A stretch of 61,780 nt of DNA, counting the filler, from Choristocarpus tenellus KU-1152 (taxonomy: Eukaryota > Protista > Phaeophyceae), in the NCBI GenBank assembly GCA_964200185.2. It is 10 parts of 10 records of this genome, joined end to end, with 100 filler letters (N's around TTAATTAATTAA, not from the genome) between each part and the next. Parts side by side here need not be neighbours in the genome. Positions count along the whole stretch, not along the records: positions 26,262 to 37,643 come from CAXNAD020002353.1; positions 37,744 to 45,722 come from CAXNAD020005312.1; 8 more parts are not named here. One strand, given 5' to 3'. Both the position numbers and the translations under genes were made by a program. Positions 26,333 to 38,997 of the stretch are shown piece after piece (position 1 is the stretch's first letter; each line of letters starts with the position of its first letter). The notes below the pieces were generated by a model. That model was not told the DNA's origin and did no database searches. It was given only the letters and a program-made list of their open reading frames with translations.

Positions 26333-27057
26333 TGAACTCGTAACACATGACAGTGTTACTAACATGTGATGGGTCAGAAAAATATGATAGAATAACAAAA
26401 CGCCTTCCAAAACGTCCCTTCAAACTTCAATGAAACATACCAGACTCATTTCTTCCTTGAAATCCTCATATTTTTTGTGTTTACGTGCTTGGACCAGAGT
26501 TGGAGTCGGGTCTCTAGTCGTCGATCATTTATTGCGGGAGCGTTAAGAGTTTCCTCCTATGGGATCTAAGTGTCAATATGTATCATAGGGAATTTTTCTG
26601 ACATTACCACTAACTTAGGGCCACAAGAACAGTCATTGGTTAGAGATGACCTACGTGGGATTTGCCAACCATTTATATTTTTGTTAATATCTCCAACCAT
26701 CATTGATTATTTGATACATCCGAAATTGTTACTTACAAGGACAGTGTGTTATACTTGGACCAACATGTCAAAGGACCTACTATGTTATTTTGTATTATTT
26801 TTATGTAAATGACCGAATAGGGAGTTCTTGTTTACCTGCCGAGAGATATGGATGTTTTGCGGAGGATCTTGTAGAAGACTCTTGTTTGAATTTTTCCCAC
26901 TCAACCCCACACACCGCACACTCCTAGAACACGACTTGCTTGGCATCATATCGTCATCCACATCATGATAGTAGTCCTTATCGTAATACCTTCACTGTGT
27001 TGATACTTCTGTTCCTAGTATCACACCCACAAACTACAGAAGTTTGCGTGTGTTGCT

Positions 27058-30000
27058 ATGGGTAATGGGAAACAGCACAAGAAGAATAGCAACGGTGCCC
27101 GACAGACAAATATCAGTGGGGAACGGACCTCTACAAGAAGTCGCAGTCAACAAAATGAAGATCCCGACTGCACTGTGTTTTTTTATGCTAAGCAAGAGGT
27201 CCGGCAACCATGCTGCATGTGCTGTAGCCTGTGCTTGATCCTTCTTATTTTCATTGTGGTAAGTGGCAACCCCTCAAAGACATGGATACTGTGTGGTTTC
27301 CTGTGCAAACAATATCTCCAAGTAGGGTATACTTCACTGTATAACGGAACATTCTTGATGTTTGGGTCTTTGCACGCCCACACGCGGCGAGTTCATAGCT
27401 CACCCTTGCCCAGGTAGCAGCAGAGAAAAGGGGGAGATAAGTTGCCAGACTTGTTGGGATATTTGGGGCAAGTCGCGACTTTCCCTATCCAATCAGAAGT
27501 CAACGATTTCAACAAATCTAGATCAATGTCCCTAGTCCACGGCACCTAACGGTTCACAACGGTGAAAGAATATTGAAATAATATTCCTCACAATGGTCTC
27601 ATAGCGATTGAGGCAAACTACTTGTGGTCTTGTCGTGGCATAAGGAGTGGATCCTAATGAGGTACAAATATGTCAGTCATATGTTCTTGTTTCCAGTCCT
27701 CGGTTATATAGCGTTCACTGCAGAAGTCCGGTGTGTCACGATTTACGCTCTTACAACTTGCTTTCATTATAAGCGTGTATGTTAGAGACAAATGAGAATG
27801 CTAGCACATGGTCACGAATATGCCCATCTTATCGACTTCAATCTACTTGTTCGGGGTGGCCGTCGTGTTAGATTGTTCAGAGGGCTACGAAAGCTTGTCG
27901 TTTCACTCTTTTTTCTCTACCATTGCCTTGCTTCGTCAATTGATGTTTTCCTCACTTCGCAGGTCCTTGCAGTCGCTACCGCTGGTGGGGCGGAGATAAT
28001 AAGGGTGAGTGAAGTTGTCGAACGTAGGAATAGAGATAGGCAATAATAATTGGACTCTTGGGGGTGTATGAATAAGATCAGGTATGGGTAAGTCATACTG
28101 TCAGAGTGGGGGTAGCAGGGTGAGGGGCGTAAAGGTGGAGCATCAAAGAGAGTAAAAAAGTTCGTCCAAGAAATAGTGAGGTATAAATGAACATAATCTA
28201 TCTCTGTCTTGTCGACTAAACCCAAGAGCGAGTCACACGAATGTTTGGGAGATGCACTTCTACAAATAGAGGGATCTGCTGGCGACGGGATTGAGTTAAA
28301 TTATAGTCGTTAGGATAAAGAGAGATGCCAAGGATCTAATTGTTTCTACCGTACAGGAGGGCAGTGATGCTGACCTAAGAGGGAGAGTTTGACCATGTTG
28401 GATCGGAAAGACTATCCTTCTTCCAAAGTATAATCGTTGCAGTCCCTGGTTCATACATACGGTAATAATGTACTCTGTACTAAGTACTACATTAAGTAAA
28501 CCTTTGTCTTGACGTCTTGACGGTGATTTTTATCTTTGTTTGGTTGTATCGTGTTTTATTTCTAATGAGACTCTCTGGGTCTTGTGACTATCTTGCAGAG
28601 AATGTAAGACAACGATTCTTCTTCTGGTGGAACACTGGGAGATGAACTATGACAGACTGAATTTCTCTGCTTGCTCTACCTCCGTTATTGCTATTCAGTT
28701 TTTTGGTGCTCTGTCCGTTAGGTGACACTTCTTTTTTGTTCGTAAGGTATTGATGTATGGTTGTGTGGAGTTGGCTTGGTCGGGGGTGATTGGATGGACC
28801 TAGGAATTCGTGATAAGCTCAATAGAAGACTTGTTCGGGTATTTTTTGTTGGCCTTTGCTGGGTCTTGTGTATAATGTGGAGCACAACAACAGTATGTTC
28901 TCTCCAGCAAAATATACTATTGAAACAGTGTCAGTACTCTTTTTACAACAGTTGTATCATATATACATTCAGATAGTTGACAAATATCACTGTGAATGTT
29001 TGCACTAGTTGAAGATCGGCCCTGCATCAAGGTGTTGTGTGTGGAAAATGTGTAGACTTTGTCTTTGGTAGTACTACAGTTTTTGTCTATTTTTTATGTC
29101 CAACTTTTACCTTTCTACGGAAGCTCTTGTAAGGGGAGAAAGAAGCAACATAAAAGGCAGACAACCTTCATGTTGTTTTCGTGTAAGGGATATAGACTCC
29201 AAACGACCATGGGGTTTTGCGAGCAGAGTGTTACGCATACTACCATCTTGGAGTGTCAAGTACCCCTTTCAACGCTAGAGTTACACAACATTGATAATGC
29301 TTGTATGGTCATATTTCGGAAATACTTTTTGGAGCAGTAGTGGGAGTGCTATGAATAGGACACTCAACCCACCATCAATCTATTTTCCAGAATTGCAATG
29401 GGGGCTGCAATGTTGTTGAGGGCATGCATTAGAGAACCCAACAAGAGTCATCTCCAATCTTGCCCCTGTAGGTATTTTTACATCGTCAATGCTTATTGAC
29501 CATCTTCACAATACTTTACTACAATGTGCTAAGATCAGTGCTGTTTTTCATTGTTTTGCTGCGTCTCTGGGGGAACACTACTATACCACTGCTGCTGCTG
29601 TCGGTTTTCTACCCTACATGCTGACCATCAGTTCACAACAGATGTGCCCTTTGTGAGTTGTTGTGTCCCTCATGACTTCATAGCAAGCAGTTATGCTGGC
29701 GTACACCAGCATATATTTGTTGTTTACCCTTGTGTGTGCCCCATGTCACCTCCTTGTCTCATGTATCCTGGGTAAAATTATCTTCCATCACCTAATGAAT
29801 GTCTCAAGTACAAGATCTTTTGCTTTTTCTCGTCTGTGATTTTCTGGTGTAATTGCTATGAGATCCTTCCGAGTTGGATAAAGGAAATGACAAGATGCAC
29901 TAGCTCAGTCCACACCTGTTTCGACCTTGTCTTGAATGTGAGAGGTCTTGTCGTGTGTATATTTGCTGCAGCTTGAGACTTGGTAATTTTCTATTCATCT

Positions 30001-32638
30001 GCCACTTCCTTCTCATGTATAGTGCGCTTTGATTACATTTTTGTCGCCCTGTGGTAGTCGTGTATCCCTTGGATATTATCACACATGTGATAAGTGGCAG
30101 CGACCTTTGGTAGAAGCATTTTTTTCCTGTAGGAACTATGGATCGAGTTTTGGAGAAATTGTGGCTTACATTTGTCATGTCCTTTCGCTCCCCCCTTTCC
30201 CAGCACTGCTAGAGGAATACCTCAAGATCCTTGCGACAAACTTCTCTATGCACTGTGCTTCTTTTTTTTATTTCACACGTCTCAAGTAGTGCGCTTTGCC
30301 CATTCATAACGTAGATTCAGGGGGGAAAGTATTCTCCCAAATCTCTGTACTCTTCCATACTAGTGGTATGCTACACATCCCCTCGCACTGGTTGTGCCTT
30401 GTGCCTAAATCCTGTCTGTTTGGTCTGTACCTCGCACATCCTTTATCATTGTTACTGTTACACTGGCTTGCCTCTCACCATTGTCGCTTCCTGCAAATTT
30501 CCTCATTGCCGTGGTCGATTTGAACAGTATCTTTATGACAGCACAGTGTACAAGCGGCAGACGCACCTTTTCAGTGCATACGATGTTGCTAATGCAAATC
30601 TCGAAGGTGACCTCCGAGAGCGAGAACAGGTATGGTATACCCCACCCCTGCACCTACTTCTATCCTCATCCCTTACATACCTTGGATTGCTGACTCCTTT
30701 TGGTATAAGAAGAGTAGCGTCTGATATGTGAAAGATTTTCCCCATTACCACCTTGACGTGTAGCCTCTGACACCTAAGGACCTATGGGAACCCAAACCCT
30801 AGCTCTAGCAGTTGCCCTAGCCCTAGCCCTAGCCGTGGGAATTTTTCAAGAACTACATACATACTGTGCGTTTGATTTCGGTAGTGGTAAGTAGGTGTGT
30901 ATCGTTGTGTTTGAACGACCCTTGGCCCTTCTCACAGCAACACGAGTAGTGAGAATATTGTGTCGTTAGTCATGGAGGAATGGATGCAGACAACATGTGG
31001 ATGTTTGAACATATTTCTGTGTCACAAACAAAACAACGATATATATTACTCACAAACATATTAGTAACATTTGCACATGTCACGGCTATACTCCATCTAC
31101 GTACTTTTCTGCTCAGTTCAAAATCTGAGGACACAAGATATAATCATATTGGTAAGAACAGGTCAACCTCCTTCCCATTCAATCCCCACCTTATACATAC
31201 GTGTATGACCCATCTATTCATTGTACTTTCAAAGGGCTCTAAGTTCAGTGATTGGCAGTTCTCCATTGCCTGCGAGTCTTGCACAATATGTAGAAGAATA
31301 GGTGTTTCTTACTGAGCTTCCCTTGGCACATTTTTCGCGTCCATCTATCCCTCTGTTTCCCGTGTGCTATGTATGCGTGATGCCGCGGCTCTTGTCCTTT
31401 TGATATTTGTTGTCACTGATGGAATGTTCGCAATATTCCCTTCCTTAGATCGATTTCAATCTGCAGATCATTTATGAGCTAGACGGTCCTGACGCACTCT
31501 TCTCCCCTGAAGTACTCGCCAGAATCAAAGGTGCGAAGAGGTTTGATGAGAGGGAGTTGGAGATCGATGGACTTCCTTACTGTGGGCTGTGTTGGTGTGG
31601 TTTCGTGTCATGATTTTGTTTTGGTCGTAACTCATTGATCAAATGTGTGCAGTTACAAGGAAGGAAGAATCAGCAAATATTTATAGATTTAATTATTTGC
31701 GACCGATCAGTCTTCAAAGCGTATTTTAGGTATTGTTTTGCCTTGCGAAATGTCATTTTACCCAGCACTGTATTTGTCATAATTCCTGATGATGCACTTT
31801 ACCTTCGTTTTTTGTGTACCCTCGACTTCTACCGTACATCTTCATCGTTTATATTATATATTATATTACATATTATTATGCCCTTTGACATTTTGTAGAT
31901 GTGTAAGGGAAAAAGTCAAACCAGTATCACAAGGACCCCTGTAAAAGTAACAACAGTTGTCGTAAGTGTGAATGATATCTCTATAAATTCTACTCCATAT
32001 CTACTATTTGAATGTCAGTTATACTACGAACACTCCCTTCAAGCTTGGAAATTATTTTCGACTAATAATACATTATATGCAACATGCAGATATGCATGAC
32101 GCCTTAAATTTCTTCAGATTGCAGTAGTACACAGTTTGTACTGTTCCCTTGTACAGGTACTCTGAAGTTGTGCTCCTGAGAACTGCATCATTAGAAATTT
32201 TACTCTTATCACACTGTGGCATTGTTGCACCCTTCCTTGCAAGTTGTACCTGGGGTCTAACCTCGTTTGTACTTCCAAGAGTATAGCCCCTAACTATTGC
32301 ACAGTGTTACAGACTACTGTGCTAGTTTTAGGATAGTAGTACGTTGTATGGATAGGATGGCAATTGCATTGCAAGATATGAACACGGAGCAGTTTTCTGG
32401 GCAGTGCATGTCATCTTGCCTGTTGATCAAATCTCCTCATACCTTCAAATTTATTCTTCATTGCATTTTGTTTAGAGCTCCTCCTACCACTGATTTCTGT
32501 GCCCTTTTTGGCCAGGTCTGGAAGAGGTAATCGTGGCAGACGAAGAGTATACTGATTTCTGCGCCCTCAACTACAATTTCGATGCACTGAACCCAGTATG
32601 TGTTCGGCATTCGTCACCTGTCAACTTCTTCGATCGAG
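27058..32638 (+). CDS. Dispatched/Patched-like (RND) membrane protein, 5' part; exons 27058-27258, 27963-28004, 30528-30629, 31449-31530, 32516-32638; possible further exons near 33250, 35320, 36230 and 37260
   Basis: N-terminal TM (LCLILLIFIV|VLAVATAG), then LQIIYELDGPDALFSPEVLARIKG|LEEVIVADEEYTDFCALNYNFDALNPVCVRHSSPVNFF, resembling the first luminal loop of Dispatched-type proteins; no sterol-sensing domain found in the contig. Confidence 0.6.
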
Positions 32639-35600
32639 GTGTGTCATATGTACGGTCATCTGTGGCTCCCAGGAGTGAACGTCTCATATATCTAACAAGA
32701 GGGCACGAATAGGCATGGGCATTATTCCTTCTCACACAGGTGTTCTGTTGGGTAGCATTCGGTTATTGCACAGTAGTTTTAAAGTACTGTATACCACAAT
32801 CCATGGATGAGCACATTCCATGTGCTTCATGTTGGGGATTGGAAAAGGTGGTCTCAAAAAGGAGTTTGTGATTTATCACTCTATCGATTTTGCATGAATA
32901 GGTGATTTGGAAGGGTAACAATTGTTCAGTTTCAGAAAATTGCACATGCACATACATGTACAGCAGCCTTCAATGCTGAAGAAAAATGTAAAAAGGGGAA
33001 AACTCTAGGGTGGTCTCGATCTCTGTGCACTACGATCGTACATCACTAAATGACCTCTCAACAATATTTTTCTCTCACCACGCTCTTTCCCCTTCCTAAT
33101 CCTATCTTTCTTGTACTACGTTCCTGTATCGTGGACAACTATCGCAAATGTTCTATTGGCACTCACGCCATAGCGTGGTGGCTGCCAGCAACCAACCCCC
33201 CCCCACAGCCAACAGTGCCCTCAACGTTCAATGCTGAATACCTCATCAGGGGGTCTACATATTATGAGCAGGATGAAGTGGGCTACTATCCATTTGGTGG
33301 GTGTGCTTGCATAAAATATTTAATTGCGTCACTGTCCAGTTTTTTTTCTCGTCTGGAGCATTTTTTTTCAGCAATACGATGTAACTACGCGGACTATGGT
33401 GATAGAAAATTGTTGTATTGTCACTATTCTATTGTGGCCGCTAGTATTTTCGATATGGTATAGAAGGAACAAGAAGAAACGTGTGATCCAAACATAACAA
33501 CAGCATAGTCTGTACTGATGTACAGAAAAGAGCTTTTGATACACCAATGAGAGTTATTGGATATTTGAAAACACTGAAAACAAGAAATCTGGTATGAGAA
33601 TAACAGCTGGAACTACTCATAAACTGGTACTATAATAGCAGTCTAAAAATGAGGGGAAGAGTCCAGTGAGTCTGTCACGTCCCATCTTCTCCACCAACCC
33701 AGTGTTTCTAGCTTAGAGTGTGTTTACATGTCTTGAGATCGTCACTTACTTGAGACGTGACTAACGCAACCTGTCACAGGCGTGCGTTCACTACTCCCTT
33801 TCTTATACACCTCCCAGCCCCCCTATCACATACTACTACATAAGTTGCTAGCTCATCCAGGAACAGCTCTACTTTTGTGCCTAGACGTCAAGATTGAAAC
33901 TACGAGGGTCAAGATAATTTGCAGTGATTGCATTTCTTCTAAGCTGCAGCGACCCCATTGTTCGTATAGACGAGTCTTGTAGGTGGAAGTGTTATTTTTT
34001 TTACAGCGTTCAGAACACACTATATATAGAAAGAATAATTTATTGAACCGTACATATGTATACTCGAAAAACATACGATTTTAGGGTTTTTCATGAGGCG
34101 GGGTAAATCCAAAGCGACGAATGGGCGGGTCGGACCAGTTCCGAGATTTTCTGACATGTCCGGACCCGGACTATAGCTTGGACAGATTTCGACAAGTTCT
34201 GACATGTCCAGACCAGGGTCATTATAGATTACCCCCAAACTGAGTTGAGAGATGATGTGGCCAGGTTAAAACGCAGATGGTACTAACCTGCCCTAATTTT
34301 GTGGCGATCGCGTGGAAACTCGTGGCCCAACATATGCATATAAAAAATACTTCCAATCCCACATATATTTGGGGTATAAGTTTGACTGGGTCAGTCCCGT
34401 TGTGAAGTATTTTTTTGCCCATGGGTTTCAACCATTTCAATGTGACAGGCCCACCTTCCGGTCCACTGTCAAAATGTTCTTAACAGGGTTGGTCAATGAC
34501 CATCAACTGTTTCAACATGGTCGGACCACAATTCAGTCATGTATCAATATATTCTAACAGGGACAATCATGGCTATCAAGAGTTTCAACATATCGGACTC
34601 CGATCTGCAGCCATGCTATTTGCCCAGACTGATAAAAAGCCTTGACTTTTCCTTGTATGGCGTAGCATGTTGGTTGTGGTACTGTGTTAGGGACGAGAAA
34701 GCCTTTGGAGTGTGTATGACTGTCGTCCGTCAATTTGAACATCCCTACAGATGTGAGAGATCATCAGGGAGGATTATTGTTGTAGTAACCTTAATCGAAT
34801 TGGGGATGATAGAAACGCCTTCTAGATAGTATAAGGAAAAAATAGGAAATGATTGGTAGTAATATTATAGAAACATGTATTCAAGTAGATAGTACCAGCA
34901 AGAAACAGAAAATGATTTGCCAGAATATTGTAAAAACGGTTAAATGAATAGCCTAAACAAAGTTCCCCAAAAGTGTGGAAAAGGTGTAAAAGAAGTAGAA
35001 AAAGGATACATAAAGAGTCACGACAACTGCAAAAACATCGCAGAATTAAGTCTTGAGGCTGGGTGTTCCCTCACAAGAGGGGTTACAAAGTATTGTTTTA
35101 CCTCACCTTTTCGATTGCTTCGGAAGATGAAAAGAGTATCCTATGATACTGTGAACACTTGTGGCACATATATTCGAAAGTGTGCCAAAAGAGACTCCCC
35201 TTGTGTGACTTGTAGTGTTATGGTTGTGTTTTTATGTAACATATTGGACATAACTTTTATTTTTCAAGCGACTATTAGGAATCTGTACATAAGAGCTCTG
35301 ACTGTATCTCATTTTGCTACAGCCAACCCTCAGGACAGCTCAGCTGTGGGTACCGTGGACCTTACCCGAGACAACGTGGATACCATTCTGGCGGTGAGAC
35401 TCCCGACCTTAGCCCACCTCCTCTCCCTCCACATAACCCAATGATGTATGTTCTCTCATCAATTTTTTGATCGTCTGAAGTAGTGCATATGGTACCTGTG
35501 TATAGCTCCTGTTTCCTGTTAGTAGTATTCACATCTTACTTCTTGCCGATATTTGTTGGTGTTCAAAGGTTTTAATGGTTTATATGAGATACATCTTGAG

Positions 35601-37574
35601 TATATGTTACACCCCAGTCATGAGGACAGGCAATTATAAAATGCTCAACAAGTTTCCATGCAAGCAGTCCACAGTAAACCTGTTTCACTACTCCCACTGG
35701 ACCACTTCATGAATACATATGTACCATCCTACATCTCTTGTCTGACTATTTTGAGCCCAAGTACCTGCTTGCTATGTGCCCCTTCTGTATTCAACACCAA
35801 AAGTTTAAGCTAGGGTGAACAACTACTTCAAAGTACCTGATGTACACAGAATGTATGCGTTTTTTACACAGCTGCAAGCTAGACAATGAGCAGGGCAACG
35901 TATGCATAGATATGTACATTTTTTATGCTTGTAAGCACCTATGATTCATTTAACTTACAGCAGTATAAAGCTCTATTTTGTTTCTGTGTTCCCCGCATCT
36001 CTCAATTGTCGCAAATGTATGGTGTAGTTGGAATCTCAGAGCTTTACTATAACATGCGTGCACAGTGTAGCTGAAAAGCACTTACAAAATTTAGCAACTT
36101 CAGAATACATAGTTGCCTGTTTCACAGTATTGTCAATTGAAGGTGATCAAGTTTTTCGTTTTTCTCTCTTGTGCTCTCCACAATAATATCACACCTAACA
36201 ACCCAACATCAACATGACAGTATTGGGCAGGCTACTGCTCCTCCAGCACCAACTGCCCAGATGCAGCCAACGGTGACAGCAGTCCGTATGCATTGACCAC
36301 AGACCTCGGGACTAATGTCACCCTCACCAGCCCATTGCTGTGAGAAGTGTTTAGTGGGAGGAGGAGAATTTATGGGTGGAGAATTTGTGTGTGGCCTTTT
36401 ATTTTGTACCTTGCAATTGGCCTTTGCTTTAGTCAACAACATAATACTAAGTAGTTGCTCTACAATCATAAGCTACTGTATGCCAGTGTAGATCCTGACG
36501 ATGAGTGGATAAAATAGTGTCTGTGGCCCACAACTGTACAATTGTGTGTTTTCAGATTAAATCGAAAGTAGAAATGATTGGTCACTTTCCACATGAAATT
36601 GAGGACGTCATCTCTAAAGGAGTAACAAAATTAAACATTGACACAAAGTCATTCAAGAGAGTAGAGCGGAGGAATCAAAGAGTCATCCGCCTCGTGCATG
36701 TAATTTGGTCCTTCACTATCATGAGTGGTTATGGATTGGAACCACTGAATTTGAGTTCATTTATTTATTCAAAGAACTGAGCTCTACCTTAGATCCTAAT
36801 CAAAACATTTCGATTAGTCAATTGCTCTGGAGTATTTGTGCGCTGTGTAGTTTGCTTTATTGGGATTAACGTCTCCTCAAGGCCTCCATGCTGTTCTTGG
36901 TGCTTTGCACATTCTTTGATTCAATCAAATACATCCGTTGAATATTTTTGAACCGATATGTGACATGCTCATAAATTTATCTCGATTTTCAACATTGTCT
37001 TGCTACACAGGAAGGCTTGTTAGTCCCGATTGATACTTCTTATTTTGGACTCTTTTGTGGTTGCTGATGACTGATAGGATCCTTCATAAAAGCATTTCTT
37101 ACTGCACAGCAAGGTTTGTGATTTGTCAGGTCAAGTAACATATACTTCATAGCATGTATACACAAACACTGCTGAACTGTTGGAACCGGTCTAAACTCTG
37201 ATACCCAGTCTGTTATTTTTACTTATCCTTGCTGTTTGCTCTTGCATCTTATCATGCCAGTGATCATGTTGACACTTCTTTTGGCATCAATGGCAATGAA
37301 GTCAACCCCAATGCCATTGCTCTTCAGTCAGGTGTGCTGTGCATGTATGTGCACGTGTGGAATGACCCTAAATGCTTGTATTGCACGTGTGCATGCATGT
37401 GAACATGCGTACAATGTGTGCTTATCTCTCTGTTTCCACGAGGAAATATATTAACAAAACCTAAATAGAAAATTCAAGGCGAGAGAAGCAGTTGTATTTC
37501 GTCTTGAAGCATTGATATGGGAACTGAGAGTATCTAAACAGTTGTTGGCAGTACCGTGGATTGCGCGGGTATGA

Positions 37575-37643
37575 GACTCAAAGTATCTGTGAGGGGGTGG
37601 CGGCTGTCCAATTGGGGTCAATTTTTTCATATCGCGATTTTTG
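37575..37643 (+). mobile_element. MITE family B left part at contig end
   Basis: GACTCAAAGTATCTGTGAGGGGGTGGCGGCTGTCCA. Confidence 0.85.
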
Positions 37644-37743
37644 NNNNNNNNNNNNNNNNNNNNNNNNNNNNNNNNNNNNNNNNNNNNTTAATTAATTAAN
37701 NNNNNNNNNNNNNNNNNNNNNNNNNNNNNNNNNNNNNNNNNNN

Positions 37744-38997
37744 TCCCGCCAAAAAGAAGCTTGGAGGTCTATTTGATCATCACTACACAGTGGGAGTGCA
37801 TCAGGATCAAGCTTAGGTTGTCCTGTGACTGTCAGCTTGAAAGGACTGTCGATGATGGGGTAGACCGCTTTGTTGGCTAGGTCCACATCCTCGATGTGGA
37901 TGTCATACCTTCCGGGAAATGCAACACTGTACATCGCTGTGAGTGTCCCATCGCTATTGCTAGTAACAATCGCAGTTGAAACCTCTGCTGAACCAGAAAG
38001 CCAAACATAGATGAACCGATCTATTTCAACATTCCACGGTCCCCTTGTAGAGATTGTATCACCGTTGGGGCTCCGAAGATGAATGGTAAAGTTCGTCTGA
38101 ACCCCTGTGATCGCCGCAGATAGCCCTGCCCCTTCGGCGGTATGTGGGGCTCTCGCTAGCGGCTCAGAATATGATGTAACCTGTTGAGTAACGAAAACAC
38201 GATAAATGCTGTAAGATTATCAACAGCCCTTTCGAGGACTGGGACCAACAATTGAAGAGATTACGTCGAGTCATACATAACGCAGGACCTCAGACCATGT
38301 ATTTGAGGTGCACCTGGTTCTAGGTCGGCGCAAACCTCTTCGTGGGATTAATTGAGAAAACATAGCACAAGAAATGATGAAAATTCAAGCCACTTTTGCC
38401 AGGGTTGACTGCAGAGTTGAAGCGCACCTATGAGGCTTAAGGTACGTCTCTCATACTGCTACACACTTGGGTAAATTGACCGAGACCTAACGTTATGTAG
38501 AGAAGAAATGCAACAAGAATATTTATACCAATCAGCTCAATGGATTCACCAAAATAGCAATACCGTAGAAACTACAATCTTGCTCTAACCGGCCAACGTC
38601 TGCCTGAGGCAAATGACCCTAGTGTAATCCTAACCGTGAAAACATGTCATACAAGGAAAACAAATGATGTGCACAATCCCCCAGAGAGGGAAGCACAATG
38701 AGGTGGAAAATGAAACGCTAGACGTAGAAACTTGTCATACAAGCAATAATGATGCTCACGGACATACCCTCAGGGTCAACCGAACTTAAATACACCGTGA
38801 ACAGCAACGTAGAACTCAAAATGGATTACCTGTTGCTCGGGATATCCATGAAGATAGAATGGCAAGGATTGCTGAGGGATGGCGATATTTGTTGCTTCCA
38901 ATGTGTTCATGGTCGGTTCAGAACCTGCAAAAAGAAGACCACATGCAGTCGCCGTTACCGCAAACAAGCCCTTAGCGGATGGCATCTTCATCGTCAT
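37744..38997 (-). CDS. Signal-peptide/anchor protein with a filamin-type Ig domain, 5' part; exons 38997-38830 and 38180-37744
   Basis: MTMKMPSAKGLFAVTATACGLLFAG...EQQ|VTSY...AEGAGLSAAITGVQTNFTIHLR...SNSDGTLTAMYSVAFPGRYDIHI...IIDSPFKLTV fits the filamin repeat consensus. Confidence 0.8.

Noticed and set aside
34944-35320. 166-aa ORF 34944-35444
   Set aside because: Mostly A-rich intronic sequence; only the end (~35322-35392) looks like an exon
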